Shown piece by piece: positions 40,867 to 54,101 of a DNA stretch of 64,000 bases. Where the stretch lies: positions 2,496,001 through 2,560,000 of the forward strand of contig OY970342.1 of the NCBI GenBank assembly GCA_963717505.1, written 5' to 3'. A program made the position numbers and the translations under genes. Positions within the stretch are counted from its first letter, which is position 1. Every line of letters begins with the position of its first letter. The notes under the pieces were generated by a model. That model saw nothing but the letters and a program-made list of their open reading frames with translations. It was not told the DNA's origin and ran no database searches. Source of the stretch: Candidatus Eiseniibacteriota bacterium (lineage in GTDB: Bacteria > Eisenbacteria > RBG-16-71-46).

Positions 40867-41995
40867 GTGTTGCGCCGCTCGCGCCGTGCCGATCATTGCA
40901 TCTTCGTCCTCACGGCCCTTCTCACCGCGGGCCTCCCGGCGACCGGATGGACCTGGGGTTTCGCGACACATCATTACATCGCCCAGAACTACTCGAAGCA
41001 TCTGCCACCCGACATCGACGGCTTGCGCGTCTACGACGGCGTGGTCGACCAGAAGGTGACCGACCCGGATACGCGCCGCCCCACCACTCCCGGCGAGAGC
41101 TACCGCCACTACATCGACATCGACAACTACCCGGAGTTCTTCAGCGGGACGTTGTCGCACGATCGTGCGGCGCTCGAGGCGCAGTACGGAGCCGCGACCG
41201 TGCTCGAGAACGGGATCGTGCCCTGGGCGGTGGGGGAAGTCGTGGCCACCCTGACCCTGCAGTTCCAGAGCCAACAATGGAGTGCTGCGGCCACCACGAT
41301 CGCCGACCTCTGCCACTACGTCGGCGACGCCTGTCAGCCCCTGCACTGCACGCGGAACTACGACGGACAGCTCACCGGCAACAACGGCATTCACTCTCGC
41401 TACGAAACCACCATGATGTCGCCACACATCGGCGAGTTGACCACACCGGTGACGCCGGTGACCTACTACGCGAATCCGGTCGACGCGATGTTCGACATCG
41501 TCGACGACTCCTGGGCCGGCGTGAGTCCGGTCCTGGAGGCCGACAACACGGCGCGGGCGGCCTCGGGCGGATCGTTCAACTCCACCTATTACGCCTCGCT
41601 GTGGAACAGCACGCAGAACCTGACCCGTAGCCGGATCAATGTCGCCGCCGTGGCGACCGCGTCGTTCGTGTTCACCGCGTGGTACAACGCCGGGATGCCG
41701 CAGGTGCCCGGCTCGACCCTGGACGTGCCCTCGGCGAGTCGTTTCCGGAGTTCGGCTCGCCGTCGGCCCCTCGCCGTTCCGCGATGCCCTGACCATCCAG
41801 TATGCGGGTGCAGGTCCGCTCACCATCGAAGTTCTCGATGTGCGCGGGGCCCGAGTGGCGCAGGTCGTCGATCACGCATCTGCCCCGGGGAGCGTGTCGT
41901 GGCGACCGACTCAGCAGATCCCGCCTGGGATCTACTTCGTCCGGCTCATCGGGCCGGACGTCAGCCTCGTGCGGCGCGTCATTCGGCTCGAGTAG
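40867..41995 (+). CDS. Zinc-dependent phospholipase C / S1-P1 nuclease family protein with C-terminal sorting domain (frameshift near 41735)
   Basis: Mature N-terminus WGFATH, HYIDID, HYVGDACQPLH, GIHSRYE; tail PSPFRD...LDVRGARV...PGIYFVRL. Confidence 0.82.
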
Positions 41996-42045
41996 CACGG
42001 CCCGCCGCGGATGGACGGGCGCGATTGGCGCTTTGAACCCACGGT

Positions 42046-42462
42046 CTAGGTGGCTTGCCGCCCCCGGCCGAGGAGCGTCGCGATTCCGAGCGCCACGAGG
42101 AATGCCGGCACTGCCGTGAGAAGCGGCCAGGCGACCAGCGCAATCGCGAGCAGGCGCAGATTGCCGGTTTCGGTCATCGCCGCCCGAACCGTCGCCGCTG
42201 CCGCCAGACCGAAGGCCCCTAATGCAGCAGCCAGCGCGGCGTGGAGCGCTGCAACCGACGGCCGATGGCGCAGGCGATACCGCTCATAGCCGATGTGCGC
42301 AACGAACGCCACGCCGCTCACCAGCCACGCGGCCAGCCGCCACCCCCGGACCTGGGTCGCCGAGCCGTGCGCCATCGCGCCGAGGATGACCCCGGATGCT
42401 GCGTAAAAGACGGCGCACAACAGCGCGGGGCCCAGCCAGCGTTGCGACGTCGATGGACTCAT
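42046..42462 (-). CDS. Hypothetical four-TM membrane protein
   Basis: 138-aa ORF with four hydrophobic helices. Confidence 0.6.
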   Translation of the reverse strand: MSPSTSQRWLGPALLCAVFYAASGVILGAMAHGSATQVRGWRLAAWLVSGVAFVAHIGYERYRLRHRPSVAALHAALAAALGAFGLAAAATVRAAMTETGNLRLLAIALVAWPLLTAVPAFLVALGIATLLGRGRQAT

Positions 42463-42625
42463 TCCGAGCGCATTCTAGCTTGGAGACGGGTTCCCGCGCT
42501 GGAGTCGGTTCCTCGACCAAGACGCCGGCTGCGCGACCGGCGACGAATGTGAAACAATCGAGCCGGCTTGAGGCGAGAACTCCGCTTCGAGCCGTTCCCT
42601 TGCGCGAGCCGGATGACCCCCACCC

Positions 42626-43837
42626 ATGGATGCACCCCTCAAAGAGCACTACGACGCCGTGGTCGTGGGGGCGCGCTGCGCCGGAGCGGCGACCGCGATG
42701 CTGCTCGCGCGGCGCGGCCTGAGCGTGTTGCTGTTCGACCGCGATCGTCGGGGCGCCGACACGCTTTCGACGCTCGCGATGATGCGCGCCGGCGTTCTGC
42801 AGCTCTCCCGCTGGGGTCTGCTCGACACGGTGCGCGCGGCCGGAACCCCGGCCATCCGCAGCACGAGCTTCGTGTACGGCGACGAGGTGATCACGGTCCC
42901 GATCAAGTCTCGCGACGGCGTCGACGCCTTGTGCGCGCCGCGACGCACGGTGCTGGATCGGGTGCTGGCGGACGCGGCCTCGGCCGCGGGGGCGGACGTG
43001 CGATATGGCCCACGGCTGGCCGACCTGGTTCGGAGCCGGGAAGGTCGAGTGATGGGAGCGGTGCTCGAGGACCGGGATCGCTCGTTCCACCCGGTGAGCG
43101 CCGGCATCGTCATCGGCGCCGACGGCCTTCGGTCGACGGTGGCACGAAGGGTCGACGCCGCGACCTACCGGGAAGGACGACATGGATGTGGTGTCGTCTA
43201 CGCGTTCTGGCGCGGACTCGAGAACTCCGGCAACCGCTGGCACTACCGCCCCGGGGTCAGCGTGGGCGCGATTCCCACGAACGACGACGACACCTGCGTT
43301 TTCGCGGCGATGCCGTCCGCGCGGTTCCACGACCAGGTCCACGCGAACCTGGAGGTCGGGTACCACGGCGTGCTCCTGGAATGCGCTCCGGCTCTGGCTC
43401 AAGAGCTGTCGAACGCCTCACCCTCGGAGCGATTCCGTGGTTTTCCCGGCGTGCCGGGCCACATGCGTCAGAGCCACGGTCCGGGATGGGCGCTGGTCGG
43501 AGACGCCGGGTACTTCAAGGATCCGATCACCGCTCACGGGATCAGCGACGCATTGCGCGACGCGGAGTTCCTGGCGCGCGCCGTGGTGCAGGGATCGGGC
43601 CGGGCCCTGGCCGGCTACCAGGCGACCCGCGACGAGCTGTCGGCGGAGTTGTTCGAGATCACCGACGCCATCGCGGGGTTCGAGTGGGATCTCGATCGAC
43701 TCAAGCCGCTTCACCGGAGACTGAGTGATGCCATGAACCGCGAGGTCGAGGCCCTGGTGGGTCTCGACCAGGGTGGGGAGGCAGCCGCGGCAGAAATTTC
43801 GGGGCGCCCCACCAACCCTGGGCGGTCCGAGGGGTAA
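42626..43837 (+). CDS. NAD(P)/FAD-dependent oxidoreductase (geranylgeranyl reductase/halogenase-like fold)
   Basis: VVGARCAGAATA, IGADGLRS, WALVGDAGYFKDPITAHG. Confidence 0.88.
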   Translation: MDAPLKEHYDAVVVGARCAGAATAMLLARRGLSVLLFDRDRRGADTLSTLAMMRAGVLQLSRWGLLDTVRAAGTPAIRSTSFVYGDEVITVPIKSRDGVDALCAPRRTVLDRVLADAASAAGADVRYGPRLADLVRSREGRVMGAVLEDRDRSFHPVSAGIVIGADGLRSTVARRVDAATYREGRHGCGVVYAFWRGLENSGNRWHYRPGVSVGAIPTNDDDTCVFAAMPSARFHDQVHANLEVGYHGVLLECAPALAQELSNASPSERFRGFPGVPGHMRQSHGPGWALVGDAGYFKDPITAHGISDALRDAEFLARAVVQGSGRALAGYQATRDELSAELFEITDAIAGFEWDLDRLKPLHRRLSDAMNREVEALVGLDQGGEAAAAEISGRPTNPGRSEG

Positions 43838-43916
43838 TATTGGCGCCAGAGGTCCCAAGGCCTCCGGCTTGACCGAATGGGCCGCGGTCCCAGAACCGCA
43901 CAGCGAGGAGAATTCC

Positions 43917-44477
43917 ATGAGCATGACCAAGAAGCCGGTCGACAACGGCGTCAACGTGGAAGCGCTGCTGGGAGCACGTCAGGCACTGACCGAGACTCCG
44001 GCGGGCGCCAAGTTCAAGTGGCGCGCCAAGTGTGAATGGGTGAGAGGAACTCACAGCCGCTCGACCATCGAGGGGTTCTTCGGACTCGGTGAAGAGCAGA
44101 AGCACAGGACGAAGTTCACTTTCGAAGCCGACCATCCCGAGATCTTCGCGTCCGAGGACCACGGAGCCACTCCGGTCGAGATGGTGCTCGCCGGGCTGGC
44201 CAGTTGCCTGACCGCGGGAGTTGCGGCGGTCGCCCAGAATCGCGAGATCCAGTTGCACTCGGTTACCGCGACGCTCGAAGGCGGGATGGACATCCAGGGC
44301 ATTCTCGGGATCGACAGTGACGTGCGAAATGGCTTCGACGGGATCAAGGTGACCTACGACATCAAGGCCGATGCGACGCGCGAGGAGATCCAGGCGATCG
44401 TCGCTCAGTCGCAGAAACGCTCGGCCGTGTACGACGTGATCACCAATCCAACGAACGTCACGGTCGAAGTCCGGTAG
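43917..44477 (+). CDS. OsmC family protein
   Basis: RBS GAGGAG; NGVNV, DHP, TPVEMVLAGLASC, SAVYDVITNPT. Confidence 0.88.
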   Translation: MSMTKKPVDNGVNVEALLGARQALTETPAGAKFKWRAKCEWVRGTHSRSTIEGFFGLGEEQKHRTKFTFEADHPEIFASEDHGATPVEMVLAGLASCLTAGVAAVAQNREIQLHSVTATLEGGMDIQGILGIDSDVRNGFDGIKVTYDIKADATREEIQAIVAQSQKRSAVYDVITNPTNVTVEVR

Positions 44478-44505
44478 GTCAGGGCTCGATTCGCGAACCG
44501 GTCGC

Positions 44506-45756
44506 GTGCGAGTCACCACCGTTGTCATTGGCGCCGGCCATGCCGGTCTGGCGATGAGCTACCACCTCACCGCCCGCTCGATCGATCATGTGATCCTCGA
44601 GCGCGGTGAGGTCGCTCATTCGTGGAAGACCGAGCGGTGGGACTCGCTGCGGCTGCTCACGCCCAACTGGCTGAGTCGGCTCCCCGGCTACGCCTACGAT
44701 GGCGACGATCCCGACGGCTTCCGCACGATGCCCGAGACGATCGAGTTCATGGAGAGCTATGCTGCCGCCATCTCGGCTCCGGTCCGCACCCACACCAACG
44801 TGCATTCGGTACGCAGGGTCGACGACGACTACAGCATTTCAACCGACCAGGGGGAATGGCGAGCACGAACCGTGGTCCTGGCCACCGGAGCGTGCAACGT
44901 CCCATGCGTCCCGCCGGTCGCGGAGGCGCTGCCCACGGGGATCCGGACCCTTTCGTCTCTGGAGTATCGCAATCCCGACGCGCTCGAACCGGGGGGAGTG
45001 CTCGTGGTCGGAGCCTCTGCCAGTGGAACCCAGATCGCCGAAGAGGTCCACCGGTCGGGACGCCCGGTAACGATCGCGGTCGGCGAACACATTCGAGCGC
45101 CGCGCTCCTATCGGGGCCGCGACATCAAGTGGTGGATGGATGTCGCCGGAGTGCTGGACGATCGCTACGACGAGGTCGACGACATCGGACGCGCCCGAAA
45201 CGTGCCATCTCTGCAGCTGGCCGGTTCCAGGGAGCGCAGGACCGTCGATCTCAATCGGCTGACCGATCTGGGCGTGCGGCTGGTCGGCCGCCTGGTCGGC
45301 GTCGCCGGCGGCAAGGCGCAGTTCTCGGGATCGCTGCGCAACCAGTGCGCGCTCTCGGACCTCAAGATGAATCGCCTGCTCGAACGCATCGACGTATGGG
45401 CGACCGAAAACCGAGTCGACGGCGAGGTCGAGCCGCCGCACCGATTCGAGCCGACCCGGGTCGAAGACTCGCCGCCGCTCATGCTCGATCTGTTCGGTGG
45501 CGGAATTCGCACCGTGATCTGGGCCACCGGCTACCGTCCCGACTACTCGTGGCTGAACGTGCCGGTGCTCGACCCCAAGGGTCGCATCCGGCACGAAGGC
45601 GGCATCGTGCAAGCGCCCGGAATGTACTTGTTGGGCCTTCCATTCCTGCGACGCCGCAAGTCCAGTCTCATCGACGGCGCCGCGGCCGACGCACGCGACC
45701 TGAGCGATCATCTCGTCCGCAGTCTCGATCATCAGATGGTGCGGTCGGATGCCTGA
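44506..45756 (+). CDS. Flavin-containing monooxygenase-like (CzcO-type) oxidoreductase
   Basis: IGAGHAG, RWDSLRLLTPNW, VLATG, YRNP, VGASASG, WATGY. Confidence 0.88.
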   Translation: MRVTTVVIGAGHAGLAMSYHLTARSIDHVILERGEVAHSWKTERWDSLRLLTPNWLSRLPGYAYDGDDPDGFRTMPETIEFMESYAAAISAPVRTHTNVHSVRRVDDDYSISTDQGEWRARTVVLATGACNVPCVPPVAEALPTGIRTLSSLEYRNPDALEPGGVLVVGASASGTQIAEEVHRSGRPVTIAVGEHIRAPRSYRGRDIKWWMDVAGVLDDRYDEVDDIGRARNVPSLQLAGSRERRTVDLNRLTDLGVRLVGRLVGVAGGKAQFSGSLRNQCALSDLKMNRLLERIDVWATENRVDGEVEPPHRFEPTRVEDSPPLMLDLFGGGIRTVIWATGYRPDYSWLNVPVLDPKGRIRHEGGIVQAPGMYLLGLPFLRRRKSSLIDGAAADARDLSDHLVRSLDHQMVRSDA

Positions 45757-45774
45757 GTCCCAAGGAGGACGACG

Positions 45775-46215
45775 ATGACCGTCCCCACGGCAGTCTGGCC
45801 GCGCGGCATTCCCGCAGTCGGACAGACCGCCTCGCGCACGAGAGCCGTCACCGTGCGCGACATCGAGCTGTTCACCGAGATGACCGGCGATCGCAATCCG
45901 CTGCACTACGATGAGGCGCTCGCGCAGGGGACGCGAATGGGCGGGATCGTCGTCCAGGGAGGAGTGACCAGCGGCATTCTGAACGCGGTGGTCGCCGAGG
46001 ACTTGCCCGGGCCGGGCACGGTGTTTCTCGAGGTCCACTGGAGCTTCAAGGCGCCGGTGCGACCGGGCGACACGATCACCGGCGAGGTCCGCGTGCTCAA
46101 GGTGCGCGACGACAAACCCATCACCGAGCTGGCGACTCGCGTGCTGCGCGACGACGGAACCGTAGTGCTCGACGGCAGCGCGGTGTGCTACACGATGCCG
46201 CTGCCGCTGCGCTGA
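45775..46215 (+). CDS. MaoC family dehydratase
   Basis: TGDRNPLHYD, PGPGTVF, FKAPVRPGD. Confidence 0.9.
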   Translation: MTVPTAVWPRGIPAVGQTASRTRAVTVRDIELFTEMTGDRNPLHYDEALAQGTRMGGIVVQGGVTSGILNAVVAEDLPGPGTVFLEVHWSFKAPVRPGDTITGEVRVLKVRDDKPITELATRVLRDDGTVVLDGSAVCYTMPLPLR

Positions 46216-46245
46216 AAACCGCGTCATTGGCCCGCGGCGAGGAGG

Positions 46246-48423
46246 GTGTCATTCATGTCCAGGCCCGTTCGCGTGTCCTCCTGTTGCCTTTCATGTGCAG
46301 CTCTTGCCGCAGTCCTCGTCGGGCTGAACACGGGCGAATCACACGCCCAATGGATTCAAACCAATGGTCCCAGGGGCGGTTCCATCCGCTCATTTGTCGC
46401 GGTTCCCAATGAAGCCGGCGGCACTTCTCTCTACTCGGGTTCGATCCGCGTCTGGCGCACCGATGACCAGGGCGCGAGCTGGACCCCTCTCAGCAATGGA
46501 CTGACGGATCTCAACGCCATGGCGCTTGTCGCCGTGCCGAGTGGATCGGGCGGCAGCGACCTCGTGGTCGGTACGGCCAACGGCATCTTTCGATCGTCCG
46601 ACGGCGGCGCGAGCTGGAATGCCAGCAGTGCCGGAATACCACCCAGCCTCTCCATCTATGCCCTGACCTCGGGTCCGAACGGCTCGGGGGGAACGAACCT
46701 GTATGCCGGAACGTACCTGGGCAATGCCTTTCGCTCGACCGACAACGGCGCCAACTGGACCGAGGTCAATTCGGGCTTGCCCCTCGGCCAGGCCCACGTG
46801 AACGCGCTCACGACTACGGCATCGGGAACGGTTCTCGCCGGCACTGGGAACGGCATCTATCGTTCGACGAACTTCGGGGCGAGCTGGACACGGGTGTTCA
46901 CGCTCTACGGACTCTCGTTCGCCAGAAACGGCGCAGCCCTCTATGCCGGCACCAGCAACGGTGTCTATCGCTCGACCAACGACGGCGCCAGTTGGACCGC
47001 GATCAACAGCGGCATGGGGTTCACCTGGACCTACGCGATGGCGGCGCTCCCCAACGGATCGGGAGTGACGCTCTTTGCCGGGGCCGGCGGTGTTCTCCGC
47101 TCTACCGACAACGGCGTGACCTGGGTCTCGGTCAACAACGGCTTGAGCAGCCTGACCGTCTACGCGCTCACCACGGCGCCGAACGCAACGGGCGGGACCG
47201 ACGTCTACGCCGGGACGACCGAAGGTGTATTCCGAACCACGAACAACGGTGCCAACTGGACCAACGTGTCCTTCGTCTATTCCTACCCCCAGGGGCTCGA
47301 GGTCACGCCCAGCGGCGCCATCCTGGCGGGAACGGAGAGCGACGTCTTTCGCTCGAGCGACGGTGGCGCGACCTGGACGGATGCCCAGATCAACGCGCCG
47401 ATTCTCGACTTCGCGGTCAACCCCAACGGCACCAGTGGCGTCAGCCTGTTCGCGGGGGGCGCCACTTCCGGCGTCTTCAAGTCGACGAATGACGGGGCGA
47501 CGTGGGTGGATGCCAACAGCTCCCTCGATGACGAGGAGGTCAATTCGCTGGGCACCGTCCCGAACGGCTCGGGGGGCACGAATGTGATCGCCGGGGCGTA
47601 CAGCGGGATCTTCGTATCCACGAACGATGGCGGCTACTGGCAGAACGTGGAGCCCAACGCCATGCCGCTCGACTACGTGGTGACGCCGAACGGCTCCGGC
47701 GGTCACAACGTCTTCGGCGGTGGCTTCGGTGGGGTGTGGCTCTCGACCAACGGCGGCCTGACGTGGGCGCCCACCGGACTGCAGGGTGTGATCCCGCAGG
47801 GCATGGCGGCGACTGGCAACGGCGCCAACCTGTTCGCCGGAGGCGATCCGTTCGGCGTGTATCGTTCGACGGACGATGGCGCGACCTGGACGCTGGTCAA
47901 CAATGGCCTGACCGACCTCAGGATCACGGCGTTGTTGAGCCCCGATGGAACCAATCTCTTCGCGGCCGGTGCAGGTGGTGTCTACCTCTCGACGGACAAC
48001 GGGAACCAGTGGTCCTCTGTCAGCACCGGACTGACCACCGGAGTCTTCCAGCTCGCCGTGAGCGCGGATGGATCGACGCTCCTCGCCGGGACGGGGGGCT
48101 TCGGCGTCTGGAAGCGGCCCCTTTCGGAGATGATCAGCCCTTCGGTTGGCGTCCCTTCCCTTCCGGCGCGCGGACCGAGTCTCCTGACCGTCCGCACCAA
48201 TCCGGCCTTTGGGCCGGTGGAGTTCGTGGTCGCCGGTTCCGAGACGGCGGACGCCATCGAGATCTTCGACATCGGTGGTCGCAAGGTGGACGTGCTGCCC
48301 ATTCCATCCGGAGGACGGAGCATGTCCTGGCAATGGAGCCAGATCGGCTGTCGGCCTGGCGTGTACCTGGCGCGGCTGCGCTCGCGCATCGGTGAGAGTG
48401 TGCGCTTCGTCGTCGTCCGGTGA
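46246..48423 (+). CDS. Secreted BNR/Asp-box repeat beta-propeller protein with C-terminal sorting domain
   Basis: Signal peptide; 13 Asp-box-like repeats (e.g. RSTDNGANW); tail TNPAF...IFDIGGRKV...PGVYLARL. Confidence 0.85.
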   Translation: MSFMSRPVRVSSCCLSCAALAAVLVGLNTGESHAQWIQTNGPRGGSIRSFVAVPNEAGGTSLYSGSIRVWRTDDQGASWTPLSNGLTDLNAMALVAVPSGSGGSDLVVGTANGIFRSSDGGASWNASSAGIPPSLSIYALTSGPNGSGGTNLYAGTYLGNAFRSTDNGANWTEVNSGLPLGQAHVNALTTTASGTVLAGTGNGIYRSTNFGASWTRVFTLYGLSFARNGAALYAGTSNGVYRSTNDGASWTAINSGMGFTWTYAMAALPNGSGVTLFAGAGGVLRSTDNGVTWVSVNNGLSSLTVYALTTAPNATGGTDVYAGTTEGVFRTTNNGANWTNVSFVYSYPQGLEVTPSGAILAGTESDVFRSSDGGATWTDAQINAPILDFAVNPNGTSGVSLFAGGATSGVFKSTNDGATWVDANSSLDDEEVNSLGTVPNGSGGTNVIAGAYSGIFVSTNDGGYWQNVEPNAMPLDYVVTPNGSGGHNVFGGGFGGVWLSTNGGLTWAPTGLQGVIPQGMAATGNGANLFAGGDPFGVYRSTDDGATWTLVNNGLTDLRITALLSPDGTNLFAAGAGGVYLSTDNGNQWSSVSTGLTTGVFQLAVSADGSTLLAGTGGFGVWKRPLSEMISPSVGVPSLPARGPSLLTVRTNPAFGPVEFVVAGSETADAIEIFDIGGRKVDVLPIPSGGRSMSWQWSQIGCRPGVYLARLRSRIGESVRFVVVR

Positions 48424-48549
48424 GCTCCCTATTCGCCGTGGACTGACACTCTCTGCCCCAGGATGCCAGCTTGGCAGGCGCGGTCCCGCAGCACCGGTCG
48501 AAGCCTCCGAGAGATCGGCAGGATCCTCGGTCTGCGATAGATTGTCCCG

Positions 48550-51183
<2,634 letters not shown>

Positions 51184-53895
51184 ATGCCCCTGACGCCCGG
51201 GTCTCGTGTGGGTCCCTACGAGATCGTCGGACCGCTCGGCTCTGGCGGCATGGGCGAAGTGTATCGCGCGCGCGACCGGCGGCTGGAGCGGGACGTGGCC
51301 ATCAAGGTGCTGCCGGATGCCGTGGCCCACGACCCGGAGCGACTGGCCCGTTTCGAACGCGAGGCCCGGCTGCTGGCGGCCTCGAACCACGCCGGGATCG
51401 CTTCCGTCTTTGGGGTCGAGGATGCGGATGGTACTCGCGCGCTGATCATGGAGCTGGTCGAGGGACCCACGCTCGACGACCGCATCGCGAGCGGTCGTCT
51501 GCCGGCGGACGAAGTGCTCGGCGTGGCGCGACAGCTCGCCGAGGCGCTCGAGTATGCGCACGAACGCGGCATCGTCCACCGGGACCTCAAGCCGGCCAAT
51601 GTCAAGCTCCGTCCCGACGGGACGGTCAAGGTGCTCGACTTCGGGCTGGCGCGCGCGCTCGACACACAGGCTTCAGCCCCAGTCGGCGACCTCAGTCAGT
51701 CGCCGACCATCACACAGCGGATGACGCAGGCTGGAATGATCCTAGGCACGGCGGCCTACATGTCGCCCGAGCAGGCCCGCGGGCGCGAAGCCGACCGCCG
51801 CGCGGACATCTGGGCCTTCGGCGTCGTCATCTACGAGATGCTCACGGGACGCAGCGCATTCGCCGGAGAGACCATTTCCGACACCCTGGCCTCGGTCATG
51901 CGGGACGACCCGGATTGGTCGGCGCTTCCGCCACGACTGTCGCAACGGTGGCGGGTGCTACTCCAGCGCTGCTTGGCCAAGGAACCGCGACAGCGCCTGC
52001 AGGCGATCGGCGAGGCGCGTATTGCGCTCGAGGATCTGGCGGCGCACCCTGAGGACCCCGCCCTGTCGAGGACCTACGTGCCGCCGCGGCGCCGCCTCCT
52101 TCGCGTGCTGTCCTGGCTCATCGGGGCGGCTGCCCTGGGTCTGCTGGCAGTCGTCATCTGGCGGCGGCCTCCCTCGGTGCCGACCGCGATCGAACTGAGC
52201 ATCGTTCCCTCGGGGGGGCGCAAGATCTCTGGTGAGGTCACCTACCAACCGATGGCGATCGCTCCCGACGGCAAGGCCGTGGCTTACACGGTTCGCGACG
52301 GCGGCCTGCTCAAGCTGCGCGTCCGACGTTTGGACACTCGTGAGGACCGAGAGATTCCCGGCGCGGATGGCGCTCACAACCAGTTCTTCTCCCGCGACGG
52401 CCAGTGGATCGCGTTTTTCGACGGTCGCAAGCTGAGCAAGGTCTCGGTACGGGGTGGGACCCCGGTCGAGCTGACCAACTGTTTTCGAGATCGTCTCGGT
52501 ACCTGGCTGGATGATGGCACCATCGTCTATTCGGGCGACGTCACGGGACCTCTTCAACGCGTCTCCGAGGCCGGTGGCGTGCCGACCGCCATCACCAGAC
52601 TCGACAGCACGAAGGGAGAGCGAACCCACCGTAATCCGTGTGCTCTCGATGGCGGGCCTTGGGTGGTCTTCACCGCACAAACGGTGGACAGCCCTGGTGA
52701 CTACGACGACGCGACCATCGACGCGGTCTCGGTCAAGACTGGGGAGCGTCGCCACCTGTTCAAAGGCGCACGGCGCGCCGTGTGGGCACACGGGGGATTC
52801 CTGGTACTCGCGCGCGGCGGCGACCTGTATGCGGTTCCCATCGATCCGCGCAATCCGCGAATCACCCATGATCCGGTGCCCGTGCTCGGGGGTGTGAGCG
52901 GTGACGCCGCGAGCGGCGCGTCGTTCTTCAGCATCGCGGACGATGGCACCTTGGCATGGATCCCCGAAGATGAACCCGAGAGAATCCGCGACGTGGGCTG
53001 GTTTGATCGTTCTGGCAACTGGACGCCGACCGCCATTGCGGCCGGACCGTACGTGAGGCTCGCCCTATCGCCCGACAACACGCGAGCCATCATCCTGGCT
53101 GGGCCGGGTGGCGCGGTGTCCGACCTGTGGCTGGGCGACCTCCGTACCGGTGGGATGAACCGACTCACCTACGGGGGCCGCAGTGGCTATGGGGCGTGGA
53201 TCCCGGACGGCATCCACATAGCTCATGCCCAGAGCGACACCACCGGTGGGCAGTACGTCGTCGTGCGCCGCCTGGACGGCGTTGGCGGGGGTCGCGTGAT
53301 CTTCCACACAGACCACCCGGTCAATGTCACGGACGTAACCCCCGACGGTAGACAGGTCGTGTTCAGCGACTACGGCATGCCCGCCGGCAGGATCCACCTC
53401 GCCGCAGTGGACGGCGGTTCGCCTTCAAGGGAGCTCTCCGCCGAGGGCGAGGGTTCCGAGCTGTCGGGGGTAGTATCGCCCGACGGGCGATGGCTTGCGT
53501 ACCTCTCGAACAAGACACGCTGGTTGGAAGTCTGTGTGCGCCGACTTGGTGGCGGGGGAGGAAGCTGGCAGGTGTCCACGAATGGCGGGGGTGGAGTCCG
53601 CTGGGGTCGTGAGGGCCGCGAACTGTTCTTCGTGTCCGACGAGACCCTGATGCGGGCCCCTGTTCAGGTTCGGGGCGAAGACCTGACGATCGGGCCGCCG
53701 GAACGGATGTTCGAGGTCCCCCCGTCCCCGACGGAGACCTACTTCCGCGAATACGACTACGACCCCATCGGCGACCGATTCCTGTTCACCCGGCCGCCTC
53801 GCGGAGTGGCAGAACGACGGGAGATCGCGCTGTCGTTGGGTTGGACGAGACGCCTGAGGGATGAGTTACGGGCGTCGAGACGGAACGAACGGTAG
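51184..53895 (+). CDS. Ser/Thr protein kinase with TM helix and TolB/PD40 beta-propeller
   Basis: LGSGGMGEV, HRDLKPAN, DFG, GTAAYMSPEQ; PD40-like repeats; abuts the previous stop codon. Confidence 0.92.
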   Translation: MPLTPGSRVGPYEIVGPLGSGGMGEVYRARDRRLERDVAIKVLPDAVAHDPERLARFEREARLLAASNHAGIASVFGVEDADGTRALIMELVEGPTLDDRIASGRLPADEVLGVARQLAEALEYAHERGIVHRDLKPANVKLRPDGTVKVLDFGLARALDTQASAPVGDLSQSPTITQRMTQAGMILGTAAYMSPEQARGREADRRADIWAFGVVIYEMLTGRSAFAGETISDTLASVMRDDPDWSALPPRLSQRWRVLLQRCLAKEPRQRLQAIGEARIALEDLAAHPEDPALSRTYVPPRRRLLRVLSWLIGAAALGLLAVVIWRRPPSVPTAIELSIVPSGGRKISGEVTYQPMAIAPDGKAVAYTVRDGGLLKLRVRRLDTREDREIPGADGAHNQFFSRDGQWIAFFDGRKLSKVSVRGGTPVELTNCFRDRLGTWLDDGTIVYSGDVTGPLQRVSEAGGVPTAITRLDSTKGERTHRNPCALDGGPWVVFTAQTVDSPGDYDDATIDAVSVKTGERRHLFKGARRAVWAHGGFLVLARGGDLYAVPIDPRNPRITHDPVPVLGGVSGDAASGASFFSIADDGTLAWIPEDEPERIRDVGWFDRSGNWTPTAIAAGPYVRLALSPDNTRAIILAGPGGAVSDLWLGDLRTGGMNRLTYGGRSGYGAWIPDGIHIAHAQSDTTGGQYVVVRRLDGVGGGRVIFHTDHPVNVTDVTPDGRQVVFSDYGMPAGRIHLAAVDGGSPSRELSAEGEGSELSGVVSPDGRWLAYLSNKTRWLEVCVRRLGGGGGSWQVSTNGGGGVRWGREGRELFFVSDETLMRAPVQVRGEDLTIGPPERMFEVPPSPTETYFREYDYDPIGDRFLFTRPPRGVAERREIALSLGWTRRLRDELRASRRNER

Positions 53896-54075
53896 CCCCG
53901 CGCGCGTAGCCGAGATCATCCGCATTGCAAAGCGAGGGTCTTCTCGACCCTCATCGGCTGGAATCGGCTTGGCACATGCGCTTTGACTCTCCGCCCCGCG
54001 ATGGCCCCAAGTGACTCGGGGTGCGGTGCAACCTGCGGGCAGGTCGCATGTCGCACCCCGAGAGTTTCAGTAGAC

Positions 54076-54101
54076 ACGGCGGCCCCGTGCGGGGCCGTCG
54101 T
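54076..54101 (-). terminator. GC-rich hairpin, probable terminator
   Basis: ACGGCGGCCCCG-TG-CGGGGCCGTCGT immediately after the DUF1269 stop; no clear U-tract. Confidence 0.5.

Noticed and set aside
46246-48150. Periodic DNA repeats resembling an array
   Set aside because: They are coding BNR/Asp-box repeats, degenerate at the nucleotide level, and not CRISPR.
53970-53986. TGGCAC in an intergenic region as a sigma-54 promoter
   Set aside because: No GC or GA at the -12 spacing, and it lies between convergent genes.
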